Below the pieces are notes generated by a model, which was not told where the DNA came from, did not search any database, and saw only the letters and a list, made by a program, of their open reading frames with translations. From assembly GCA_036785375.1 (NCBI GenBank), contig JAWMAR010000268.1, positions 1,550,001-1,614,000 on the forward strand: a stretch of 64,000 nucleotides of DNA, given 5' to 3'. This document shows, in pieces, positions 12,670 through 23,335 of the stretch (positions are counted from its first letter, which is position 1; each line of letters opens with the position of its first letter). This stretch comes from Leucoraja ocellata (lineage: Eukaryota). Both the position numbers and the translations under genes were made by a program.

Positions 12670-14420
12670 AAACACAAAATGTGAGCAAGTCAGCCAGTCA
12701 GACCTTTGAGGAGGGAATGGACAAGCAACATCAGGTCCAACTGCCGCCAGGACATCAACCACCTCAAATTTTCCACTCCCCTCACCTACTCTAACCCCCC
12801 CCCCCCCCTGATTTTATCGTCTCCCCAAAATCCACAAGCTGAACTGTCCTCGCAGACCCATTGTTTCTGCTTGTTTATGCCCCACCAAATTAATTTCCAT
12901 GTTCATCCTATCCCCTCCCCCCCCCCCCCCCCCCGGTCCAATCCCTCCCTATGTCCAAGCTGCATCACACGCTCTTCGTCTCTTTGATTACTTCTGTTTT
13001 CAAGGCCCTCACTCTCTCATCTTTACTATGGATGTCCAGTCAATCTATGCCTCCATCCCCCACCAGGAGGGTCTTAAAGCTCTCTGTTTCTTCCTCGACT
13101 GCAGAACCAGCCAATTTCCGTCCACTAATACTCTCCTCCGCCTAGCAGAGCTGGTCCTTACCCTCAACAACTTCTCCTTCAACTCCTCCCACTTTCTCCA
13201 GATCCAAGGCATAGCTATGGGCACTCGCATGGGCCCTAGCTATGCCTGCCTCTTTGCAGGGTACGTCGAACAATCCCTGTTCCAGGCGTACACTGGCCCT
13301 ATCCCCATACTCTACCTCCGCTACATTGACGACTGCATCGGTGCTACCTCCTGGACCCATGCAGAACTCACTGACTTCATCAACTTCACCACTAATTCCC
13401 ATCCTGCACTCTTATTCACATGGACCAACTCTGGCATCTCCCTACCGTTTCTAGATCTCATCGTCTACAGCACAGGAAAACAAACTATTGACCGACATCT
13501 ACTACAAACCTGACTCCCATAGCTATCTTGATGACACTTCTTCCCACCCTTCTTCTTGTAAAGACTCTATCCCCTACTCCCAATTCCTCTGTCGACACCG
13601 CATTTGCGCCCAGGACGAAGTTTTTCATACCAAGGCATTGGTGGTGTCCTCATTAGACACTAGGTGCAGGAGTAGGCCATTTTGCCCTTTGAGCCAGCAT
13701 TCTTTAGGGAACGAGGATTCCCCTCTTTCATTATAGATGAGGGCTCTCACTAGGGTCTCCTGGAAATCCCGCAGCTCCACTCTCAGTCCCTCTCTCGTAA
13801 CAAGGAGAGAGTCCCGCCTGTCCTCAACTTCCACCCCATCAGCGGTCGTATACAACATATAATCCTCCAATATTTTCGCCACCTCAAAAGGAATCCTACT
13901 ACTGGCCATATCTTCCCATCTCCACCCCTTTCTGCTTTCCACGTAGACGGTTCACTCTGTAACTCCCTGGTCAACTCGTCCCTTCCCACCCAAACCAACC
14001 CCTCCCCAGGCACTTTCCCCAGCAACCACAGGAGATGGAACACCTGTTCCTTTACTTCCCCCCTCGAGTCCATCCAAGGAACCAGTCTTTCCAGGTGAGG
14101 TTGAGGTTAACTTGCACCTCCTCCAACCTCATCTACTGCATCCGCTGTTCCAGGTGTCAAAAGTCTCTACGTCGGCGAGACCAAGCACAGGCTCGGTGAT
14201 CGTTTTGCTGAACACCTAGGCTCAGTCCGCCTTAACCAAGCTGATCTCCCAGTAGCCCAGCACTTCAACTCCCCCTCCCATTCCCAATCTAACCTTTCTG
14301 TCCTGTGCCTCCTTCATTGTCAGAGTGAGGCCCAGGGCAAATGGGACTAACCGCATCTCATATTTCGCTTGGGTAGTTTACACCCCAGCGGTATGAATAT
14401 TGACTTCTCTAATTTCAGGT
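12670..14420 (+). mobile_element. Decayed Penelope-like element: reverse transcriptase plus GIY-YIG endonuclease, with an inverted terminal fragment at the 5' end
   Basis: MDVQSIYASIPH, GIAMGTRMGPSYACLF and YLRYIDD motifs (ORF 12899-13513); downstream frameshifted NLIYCIRCSRC...YVGETKHRLGDRFAEH...VAQHFN...IFRLGSLHPSGMNIDF. Confidence 0.92.
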
Positions 14421-14460
14421 GTCCTTGCTCTCTCTTCCTTCTCCACCTACATTCTTTCTT

Positions 14461-14760
14461 TAGAAACATAGAAATTAGGTGCAGGGGTAGGCCATTCGGC
14501 CCTTCGAGCCTGCACCGCCATTCAATATGATCATGGCTGATCATCCAACTCAGTATCCCGTACCTGCCTTCTCTCCATACCCCCTGATCCCCTTAGCCAC
14601 ATCTAACTCCCTCTTAAATATAGCCAATGAACTGGCCTCAACTACCCTCTGTGGCAGAGAGTTCCAGAGATTCACCACTCTCTGTGTGAAAAAAGTTCTT
14701 CTCATCTCGGTTTTAAAGGATTTCCCCCTTATCCTTAAGCTGTGACCCCTTGTCCTGGAC
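14461..14760 (-). mobile_element. CR1 LINE 3' fragment nested in the Penelope 3' UTR
   Basis: SRTRGHSLRIRGKSFKTEMRRTFFTQRVVNLWNSLPQ (CR1 ORF2 C-terminus) and an (ttctatgt)-type tail. Confidence 0.9.
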
Positions 14761-14794
14761 GCTGGAAAATAGAGCTGAGAGGCAGGACAAAAAT

Positions 14795-14905
14795 TGTAAG
14801 AGGGATCCTGATCCAAAACTTCTATTCCTTCCATAGATGCTGCCTGACCTGTTGTGTTACTACAGCACTAAGTGTTTTACTCAAGATTGTAGCCTCTGCA
14901 GTGGC
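14795..14905 (+). mobile_element. Penelope 3' terminal segment, same sequence as the short palindromic element arm
   Basis: ggatcctgatccaaaac...catagatgctgcctgacctg...ttactacagcac continues the Penelope element after the CR1 insert. Confidence 0.7.
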
Positions 14906-15078
14906 CTCAAGTGCAACAGGAAACAGGTAACCACATATATAAAACCAAAATGTAACTAATTAATATCCCCAATGCTAGTGCAAACAAAAACAAAGTGCAC
15001 CCAAAGACAGTCCACAGTTGAGGTTAGTGTTGTGTAGCAGTCCAAACCTTGCTGGGTGTTGGGACGAACCTATTATTG

Positions 15079-15512
15079 CAGAATACAAAGTACTGGAGAA
15101 ACTCGGCAGGTCAGGCAGCATCTCTGAACATGAATAGGCGATGTTTCGGGTCGGGACCCTTCTGGCTTTGCTAACCAGTTATCAATGTTCTCCAGAGAAG
15201 CTACCCTGCTGCCCAGTTACTGCAGCACCTTGTCTTTTTTAAAAACCAACATCTACAGTTCCTCGTGTCTTGATCTGCGGAGGGCATGGATTGGCGACGT
15301 TTCAGGTACGGAACCCTTCTTTGGAGGTCCCGACCCGAAACATCGCCTCGTCATGCCCCCCAGCATCTGCAGTTCCGCGTGTATACTCGTGTCGTTTTCA
15401 CCTTGCCCTTCCATATCTCTAGTCTCCCTATCCCCTTACTCTGTCTGAAGAAGAGTGTCGACACGAAATATCGCCCATTCCTTCTCTCCCGAGTTACCCC
15501 AGCACTTTGCTT
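15079..15512. mobile_element. Cluster of three Penelope-derived short elements
   Basis: Arms and cores at about 15079-15260, 15280-15375 and 15440-15512 (core CTGAAGAAGAGTGTCGACACGAAATATC at 15445-15472). Confidence 0.7.
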
Positions 15513-15559
15513 CTACGAGCTCTGCTTGTACCTCCATTAATGAGAAGGAAATGGAGACG

Positions 15560-16520
15560 GAATGAAAGAGACCGCCGAGATTGCCGCAGGGCCGCTTCAA
15601 AAAGGCGCGCTACGCGCAACACCGGGACCCCCCCTTGTGCCCGCCCGCGTGCACGAGTGCGCGAGGCCGCGCCCAGGACGGGGGAGGGAAGGAGACGCCG
15701 CCATTTTGTGGCGTTGAAGCGAGCGGGAGGGCGCGGGCCCTTTCCACTCACCGTCCTCCCGCTCGCTCGTAAACCCACTGGAAAAACAGATAATATTTAC
15801 ACCACCCGCAAATCTAGCCTAGAACCCGAACCAAAAAAAAAGTTTTATAAGCGTTATTTAAACTGGAAAGTGATTTACTTAGCACGTGGAAAGCGCGCGC
15901 CACACACATTTCTAACACGAGTTGGGGGGTGGGGAGCGGTCCTTTAATGAAAAGGAACTCGGCTTTCTCTTCAAAGTGCAATATCCATGTATTTTAGTGT
16001 TTGCTTTTTACACGATAGGAGTAAAAGAGAAAAGGCGTTCACCCAAAAGAGTGAGCCAGCCATGCTGGCGGGTAGATTGACAGCGGCAGCAGCCTAACGC
16101 ATGAGGCGCTGGTGGCAACTCGACCCAGTCAGCGGGCGACATGGGGAAAGGCCCGCCTGTAACTAAGGCTAGCCTAGCGAGGAAAAAAAAGGATTTGCAG
16201 CGCACGGGGTGGGAGCGACACCGAAAGCAATACTGGCGAATAGTTGGCGATTGCACCACTGCGAGCTTTATGAGCGCATTAAAGAACAATTCCAGAATAA
16301 TCCCGATCAGACTAACCTCCGTAGCGACCGTCCATTGTGATCCCGCTTCAGCCAGGAACACTCGGGCCTCGGCGACGTGGTTACGTCAGACGCATGTTGG
16401 GTCACGTGAGTCGTCGGCGTCGCCACCGTCGAGTGGTCACGTGGCTGCAATCAGTGCTATGGTCACGCGAGCTTCACTGTCGACCAAAGATGGCTACTGC
16501 GCTCTTTTCCCACAAGGTCG
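15560..16520 (-). promoter_or_regulatory. CpG-island promoter and first-exon region of gene A
   Basis: CpG-dense; E-box/CRE-like motifs GTCACGTGAG, GTCACGTGGC, GTCACGCGAG and TTACGTCA at 16381-16471; YY1 motif at 15697-15714; Kozak-like gccagcATGG on the minus strand near 16063. Confidence 0.75.
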
Positions 16521-16569
16521 GAAAGTCCACAATTGGTGGCTTAGAGTCTTAAAGTTTTGTAAATTCTTC

Positions 16570-17065
16570 TCATGGTCGGAAAATGATCTTGAACTAAATA
16601 TATTATTAATCATATTTCGCTTGGGCAGCTTACAGCCCAGTGGGGTATGAATATATAGATTTATCTAACCTTAGGTCACTTCGACAAACATTCATATTCA
16701 GATTCAACTTTCATTGTCAGTGTACAGTACAGAGACAACGAAATGCAGTTAGCATTTCCCTGGAAGAGCGACATAGTATGTGAAAACCCTTCCCCTCTTC
16801 ATTAAGTCAGTTCACTAGTTCACAACTATGTATCCCCCTTGGGCTCACACCTATCTCCAGCCAACAGTCAGTGTATCAGGAACCTCCTTGCCTGGGGTCA
16901 TCTCTTGCTGGCCCTGATTTGTCCTGTTTTTCCCGCATTTCCAATTTTTTGCCCCACTCTCCCTACAAAAAGTCTGAAGCAGGGTCCTGATCCAAAACGT
17001 CACTTACCCATTTTCACCAGAGATGCTGCCTGACCTGCTAAGTTGGTCCAGCATTTTGGATCTAT
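16570..17065 (+). mobile_element. Penelope 3' fragment (end of ORF plus 3' UTR with hammerhead-like core)
   Basis: IFRLGSLQP ORF end homologous to 14358-14420; core CTGAAGCAGGGTCCTGATCCAAAACGTC at 16974-17001; small unrelated insert at about 16690-16790. Confidence 0.75.
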
Positions 17066-17539
17066 ATTTAACTTAAAAACAATAGTCTCATTTGAAGTTG
17101 AGAGAAAATTCTTCATACAGAAAAGTAAATCTTTGGAATTTTCTTTCTAAACACTTGGAGTTACAAGGATAAAATGGAAAAGTGGATCTGAGGTACAGAA
17201 GAGAGCAAGTAAAGGCTAAACCAGCTTGCATTATTATGTTCTTTAAACATTTCCCTTTGTCAAGTTTATACACTGTAAGAATGTGCATGGTACAATGGCG
17301 CATTTTTGCGATAAGGATGCAACGTAAATGAATGTTGTTTCAATTAGAGATTACAAAAAGTAGTGGACTCCACTCGGTCCATCGTGGGTACTGGCAATCA
17401 CCTCCATTAAAGGGATCTGTAGAAGGTGCTGCCTCAAAAGTGCAGAGGGGAATTAATTATATTACAGAGTACACCAGGCAAGGATGGTGCTACAGACTGA
17501 ACCGTTCAATAAAGTATTGTGTTTAATTATTGGGTGAAC

Positions 17540-17725
17540 CTCTGAGTTACTCCAGCATTTTATGTCTACATCCAGATATGCTGCCTGCCCCGCTGAGTTA
17601 CTACAGTGCTTTATGTCTATCTCCATAGATGCTAGACACAAAAACGCAGGAGTAACGCAGCAGACAGGCAGCATCTCTGGAGAGGGGGAATGGGGGACGT
17701 TTCGGGTCGAGGCCCTTCTTCGGAC
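17540..17725. mobile_element. Penelope-derived short element arms
   Basis: gagttactccagcatttt repeats; minus-strand core CCGAAGAAGGGCCTCGACCCGAAACGTC at about 17696-17723. Confidence 0.7.
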
Positions 17726-18682
17726 TCCAGAGCCCGCTGAGTCGATCTCCAGAGATGCTGCCTGACCCGCTAAGTCCAGCTCCAGAGATGCTGCCTGACC
17801 CGCTGAGTCCAACTCCAGAGATTCTGTCTGACCCGCTGAGTCGATCACCAGATATTTCCGGAAAGCATCTTGTCCAGAAATATCACGATTTGGTTTGGGA
17901 ACTGCTCTGCCCAGGACAAGAAGGCTTTGCAGAGAGTAGTGCGTTTGGCCGAACGCACTAATGGAACTTCACTCGCCCCTCTGCAGGATCTATACATCAG
18001 AAGGTGTAACTCCAGAGCCAATAAGATCCTGGGAGACCCCTTCCACCCCTGCAATGGACTGTTCCAGCTGCTACGGTCAGGCAAACGCCTCCGTTGCCAT
18101 GCTGTGAAAACAGAGAGGTTGAGAAGGAGTTTCTTCTCAGAGGCCATTAGGACTGTAAACTACCTCACCAGGGACTAACTTTACTGTACCATTCTACTGT
18201 TTTGTTTTTTTTTAAATTGCTGTTTTTTTCCTTTTTCCTTCCTCCCACAATATGTAATATGTAAAATATGTGATTCTGTTCCATTCTGTTTGTAGTTTGT
18301 TTGTTTTTCGCACAAAGTCCACGAGCATTGCCACTTTTCATTTCACTGCACATCTCGTATGTGTATGTGACGAATAGACTTGACTTGAGATGCTGCCTGA
18401 CCTGCTGAGTTGATCTCCAGAGATGCTGCCTGACCCGCTGAGTCCAGCTCCAGAGATGCTGCCTGACCCGCTGAATCCAACCTTGGAGATGCTGCCTGAC
18501 CCGCTTAGTCTATCTCCAGAGATGCTACCTGACCAGCTGAGTCTATCTCCAGAGATGTTGCCTGACCCACTGAGTTTCTCCAGAGATGCTGCCTGACCCG
18601 CTGAGTCTATCTCCAGAGCTGCTGCCTGACCCGCTGAGTCTATCTCCAGAGATACTACCTAACCCGCTGAGTTGCTCCAGCG
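17725..18682 (+). repeat. 33-bp minisatellite (CTCCAGAGATGCTGCCTGACCCGCTGAGTCTAT), about 12 units, split by a LINE
   Basis: About 3.5 units at 17747-17852 and about 9 units at 18387-18682; the unit is a segment of the Penelope-derived arm. Confidence 0.9.
17853..18386 (+). mobile_element. 5'-truncated Rex1/Babar-type LINE
   Basis: ITIWFGNCSAQDKKALQRVVRLAE...DPFHPCNGLFQLLRSGKRLR...TERLRRSFF; 3' UTR and (gactt)n tail. Confidence 0.88.
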
Positions 18683-18719
18683 CTTTCTTGATACAATGAT
18701 GCATTATGCAGATTAGACG

Positions 18720-19680
18720 CTGCAACGCATCTTGAACGATGGTTGAAGCGGCCAATCAGAAACAAAAGTTCGGGCGCGTCGCCACAAAGGGCGGCCCAAT
18801 GTGCGGCAGAGGGCGGTACTTCCGCTGCGAGGCCAGTCTCCGGGAGCGGGCGAGAGCCTTTTTGAATTTAACGAAATCAAAATGGATTCTTGGTACTCAG
18901 GTAAACTATGGAGCGCTTTTGTTTAACTTTTCAAAAGATCCTCGTTCAGCTTTTGAGCCTCACTTCTGTTTAAATTGCGCTACTATAAGATACTGTTGTT
19001 TGGCGGCCGTAGAGGGGAGGGATGATTAAATAATTGTCCTTAATTTCCGCCTGGGACGCTTCGCTTTAACGTGAGACCAACCTAACTTGGTGGCACCGGA
19101 TGTCCCGCCCCCTCTAATCTCATTGGCCAGGAGGCTGCAGGTCGCCTGAATGCCGACGTACCATTGGTCACTCCGCCTGGCAATCAAACCACTGCGTTAG
19201 GTTTACCGGAACTTGTGTCGTATCTTTAAACGGATTTTTTAATCAAGAGCTTCAGAAACCCATTAATCATAAATGTTATAATTTACTAAGTTTTTTAAGC
19301 ATTACACATACTCCTTCTCGAGCTAAATCGGTTATTATCGGTCGTCATGTTGATTTTGGTGATTGATTCTACAAATGTATTCCTTTTTTCCCGGCTGTGT
19401 GTACGATTTTCGGTGCCTTGTGTTGAAGGCGGAGTCCCGCCGCCGGTTCCACGCACACATTGTGAGCGATGTGCGTTGTGAGTGTTAGGAGAGGGCATTT
19501 GTTTGAAACGGTTCAGGACGCCACAAAATGGCGGCAGCTGATCAGCGTGGATTGTTCGGGTCGCGCGCCCCCGGCTCGCGCCCGTGCGCGCCGCCGACGT
19601 CTGACGTGCGCGTGGACCCGGCTCCAACGCGAGCCCGCTTGGTTGGGATCAAAGATACTAGAGGTTGGGATTCGCCGTGG
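18720..19680 (+). promoter_or_regulatory. CpG-island promoter, exon 1 and intron 1 start of gene B
   Basis: CCAAT boxes (~18752, ~18796), GGGCGG boxes, ACTTCCG ETS-like site (~18818), intronic ATTGG boxes, YY1 motif CAAAATGGCGGC at 19524-19535. Confidence 0.78.
18882..18900 (+). CDS. AKAP8L: AKAP8-family gene B exon 1 (MDSWYSG)
   Basis: aaaATGG context, G|gtaaac donor; 19 nt, phase 1; resembles the AKAP8 start MDQGYGG. Confidence 0.8.
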
Positions 19681-19684
19681 TTTA

Positions 19685-20746
19685 AGGTCCTGTCCCACTT
19701 TCACGACTTAATTCAAAGCCTCTGCCGAGTTTAACGGTCCTTAAAAAAAAAAAATCAAGATCGTGGTAATACAATACAATACAATTTATTTGTTGTCATT
19801 TGAACCCAGAGGTTCAAACGAAATTTGGTTTCTGCAGTTGTACAAACAAGAAGAAGAACCAAGACACAACACAATTTACGCAAACATCCATCACAGTGAA
19901 TCTCCTCCTCACTGTGATGGAAGGCAAAGTCTTATCTTATCTCTCCCCTGCACTCCTCGTTCTCCTCCCGATGTCAGAGTCATGCGACCTTCCACGACTA
20001 TGTTCACGAACTCCTACAAGTATGTCTACGAATTCCCACAACTATTTCGATGCCCTCTTTACGAGTAAAAAGTTGCAATTTTTTTATCGGGCTGGAAAAA
20101 ACGTCCCGACTTACCTGATGCCACGAGTACCTACGACTAGCAAAACGAGCCGCTACAATATATTTACAAACTCCTCAAGATTCAAGAGCGTTTATTGTCC
20201 CCGATAGGACAATGAAATTCTTGCTTTGCTTCAGCACAACAGAATATAGTAGGCATAAATACAGAACAGATCAGTGTGTCCATATGCCATTATATAAATA
20301 TATACACACGTGAATAAAATAACAGATAAAGTGCAAATAAACATAATGGTTTATTAATATTCAGAGTTTTGTTTGAGTTGCAAATTACAGGTAATGGGTT
20401 ATTAATAATCAGAGTTTTGTCCGAGCCAGGTTTAATAGCCTGATGGCTGTTGGGAAGTAGCTATTCAGGCTCCTGTACCTTCTACTTGAAGGTAGCGGGA
20501 AGATGAGTGTGTGGCCAGGATGGTGTGGGTTCTTGATGATGCTGCCAGCCTTTTTGAGGCAGTGACTGCGATAGATCTCCTCTATGGTAGGGAAGACAGA
20601 GCCGTTGATGGACCGGGCAGTGTTTACTACTTTTTATAGTCTTTTTTGTCTTTTTGGAGCTCTCCTACGAACTCGTTACGAACATTCTGCGAATTTGAAT
20701 TAAGGGGAAAACTCGTGAATTACCTCGTGAAAGTGGTACAGGCCCT
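19685..20746. mobile_element. PIF/Harbinger-type MITE with TTA TSD, carrying two nested retroelement fragments
   Basis: TTA-AGGTCCTGTCCCACTTTCACGA ... TCGTGAAAGTGGTACAGGCCCT-TTA; nested (aatac)n-tailed fragment at ~19768-19975 and minus-strand Rex1/Babar fragment at ~20175-20650. Confidence 0.8.
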
Positions 20747-20778
20747 TTACTTTACCGAGGTACAGTGACAAGCTTTTG

Positions 20779-20942
20779 TGTAGGAAGGAACTGCAGAGTG
20801 CGGGTTTAAACCGGAGATAGACACAAAATGCTGGAGTATCTCAGCGGGTCAGGTAGCATCTCCGGAGAAGATCACCTATTCCTTTTCTCCGGAGATGTTG
20901 TCTGACCCCGCTGAGTTACTCTAGTTTTTTGTGTCTATCTTC
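20779..20942. mobile_element. Palindromic Penelope-derived short element, core deleted
   Basis: Inverted arms; flanked by a 16-bp imperfect direct repeat cagtgacaagcttttg / cagtggaaagcttttg. Confidence 0.8.
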
Positions 20943-20999
20943 AGTGGAAAGCTTTTGTTGTGTGCTAACCAGTCAGCGGAAAGGCAACACATGGTTATA

Positions 21000-21285
21000 A
21001 TGGCGTAGCTCAGCGGTATACCCTCACAGCGCCAGAGACCCAGGTTCGATCCTGACTATGTACTGACTATGTATGCACGTTCTCCCCGTAAACCCGTGGG
21101 TTTTTCACCGGATGCTCCAGTTTCTTCCCACACTACAAAGACAAACAGATTTGTAGGTTAATTGGCTTCGGTAAAATTGTAAATTGCCCCGACTGTGTGT
21201 GTAGAATAGTGTTAATGTGCGTGGGGATCGCTGGACGGTGGGCAGAAGGACCTGTTTCCACACTGCATCTCTAAACTAAACTTAA
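21000..21285 (+). mobile_element. tRNA-derived V-SINE-like element
   Basis: TGGCGTAGCTCAGCGGTA...GGTTCGATCC A/B boxes, central domain, ctctaaactaaact tail. Confidence 0.85.
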
Positions 21286-21974
21286 ACAATCGAAACATTC
21301 ACAGTGTATATGGGAATAACGTTTATCGCAAGATAAAGCCAATCATGTCCAATTAAAGGGACTCCCAATGAAACGGATAGTTAATCAGGGCTGCTCTCTA
21401 ATTGTGTTAGGATTGTTCAGTTGTGTGATAACAGTTAGGAAGTGGAGAATGGACAGATCTGAGAGGAGATCATAGTTAAAGTAAGAAATGTTGCTGTAGG
21501 TGTAGAGATTTTAAAATGTGGAGCGATTGTAATGTGTGATTGGAGATCCGCTTTTGTGACGAGCAACACAATAGTCGCCTGGGTTAAGCGCCATCCAGTC
21601 GTGTTTGAATCCTCACTTGACTTTCTGAAGATTGCGACCTAAATGTAAATAGCAATGGGGGTGAAATTGGCATGTAATTTCACCATCTCTTGCACACCTT
21701 GGCCATTTAGTTATCCTTGACCTCACTATCAGCTCACCGCTCACCATCAGTGAGTGTGTATGATTGAATCTTTTCTGACCTTATAGTTTGGGTATTAAAT
21801 ACAGGGCATTGTCCGAAAATGCTCATCCATAAACACTTTGTCCACTTGCCCCTTTCAATTTCTTAAGTTTCGTCAAGCGTTGGCCTCTACACATTGTCTG
21901 AGGAAACGTTCCTGAACATGTTTGACAAATTCTACCTCGTTTAAATCGTTTACACTGACATTCCCAGTAAAGTA

Positions 21975-22068
21975 AAGTTTGAAGAAGGGTCTCGACCTGA
22001 AGCATCACCCTTTCCTTCCCTCCAGAGATGATGCCTGTCCCGCTGAGTTACTCCAGCATTTTGTATCT
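21975..22068 (+). mobile_element. Penelope-derived short element, single arm
   Basis: ttgaagaagggtctcgacctgaagcatc...ccagagatgatgcctgtcccgctgagttactccagcattttg. Confidence 0.75.
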
Positions 22069-22740
22069 ATTCCCGATCAATATTGGGAAAGTTAAAATCC
22101 CTTATTACAAAAACCTTATTAATCCTGTAATTGGCTGCAATCTCCTGGCATATTTGTTCTTCTAATTCCTGTTGACTATTTGGGGACCTGTAGTACAGTC
22201 TCAACAAGGTCAACATCACGTTCTTATTTCTCAGCTCCACCCATATAGCATTGCTGGATGACCCATCAGTAATGTCATGTTTGACCACTGCCATGACATC
22301 CCTCTTTATCAATAAAGCAACACCCCCTCCTCTTTTATCCCCACCTCTATCTCTCCTGAAGCATGTACACTGTAACATTAAGCTGCCAGTCCTATCTCTC
22401 TCTTTTAACCAGATTTCTGCAATGGCTAATTCCAGTCGCACATATCTATCCACGCCCAGAGTTAATCGGCCTCTTACATTAAAATAGATGTAAATTAAAA
22501 CATTCCTTCCATGCTCCCTGCCTTTCTCCTACCTATTCTCTTCGCAAAACATTCTTTCATTACCATCCATTATTGTCTTCCAGCCTTTCACCCACCTTGG
22601 TTCTGCATTTGATCCTGGCACCAGGGTGGCAGCACACCATCCTGGAGTCTCAACTGCTGCCATAGGATGTCCTGTCTACACCCTAACTAGAGTCACTTAC
22701 CACCATGGCTCTACCTGATGTTACACTTTCCTGCTGAATC
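22067..22740 (-). mobile_element. CR1 LINE fragment (APE endonuclease, plus probable ORF1 remnant)
   Basis: AIAEIWL...FRRDR...GGGVALLIK...IWVELRNK...YYRSPNS...DFNFPNID. Confidence 0.85.
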
Positions 22741-23287
22741 TGGAATGCATTGGCTAAGAAAGCAGTAAAATCATATCAAAAGAAAATTTGGTAAACCTTT
22801 TACTCAAAAAATGTAGTGGAAGAATATGCTTATTGCTATTCTATAATTATTTTTTAGCTGTTTACACGTGTGTTTAGGTTCTAAGAGCACTACAAATTAA
22901 TTAAGTTTGAGAGGATACCAAATCTCTTTTAATACTTGTAGATTTTCTTTCAGTGGATGCTCAGTCATTGAATGTATTCCAGCTTGAGATCAGTATTTTG
23001 CACTCTTGTGGAATCTGAGTACATGATAGGATACCAGAGCTCAAGCCAAGGGCTTGATGGTCTGACCTGTGTGCCTGTTTCATAATTCAAAGATCCAGTT
23101 AGCTGACTTGGGATGTCGCAGTAATTGAGACGGGTTCAGTGTATAGATAACAATTCAGCTAGGATGAAAATCAAGATCTGTTTTTAATTAAAATTTCATC
23201 AACTTGCATGCATCATAAATTATCCACTACTTGCAAACCATAATATTGATTTGTTATTTAAATGTTCTTGGTTGTATTTTATTACAG

Positions 23288-23335
23288 GCTACGGAACTGG
23301 TGATTCTTGGAACACTGGAGCCACCAATTCGCAAG
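23288..23335 (+). CDS. AKAP8L: Gene B exon 2 (YGTGDSWNTGATNSQ)
   Basis: tacag|GC TAC...CAA G|gtaaga; 48 nt, phase 1 to 1. Confidence 0.88.

Noticed and set aside
12899-13513. RT ORF as an intact or domesticated reverse transcriptase gene
   Set aside because: Frameshifts and stops on both sides and a CR1 insertion downstream; a decayed Penelope copy.
17725-18682. 33-bp repeats resembling a CRISPR array
   Set aside because: Units are directly adjacent with no unique spacers, derive from a retroelement arm, and lie in vertebrate DNA with no cas genes.
21000-21075. tRNA-like sequence with A and B boxes (also near 12030, 23480, 40940, 63020)
   Set aside because: These are SINE heads that continue into the shared central domain and tail; no complete cloverleaf.
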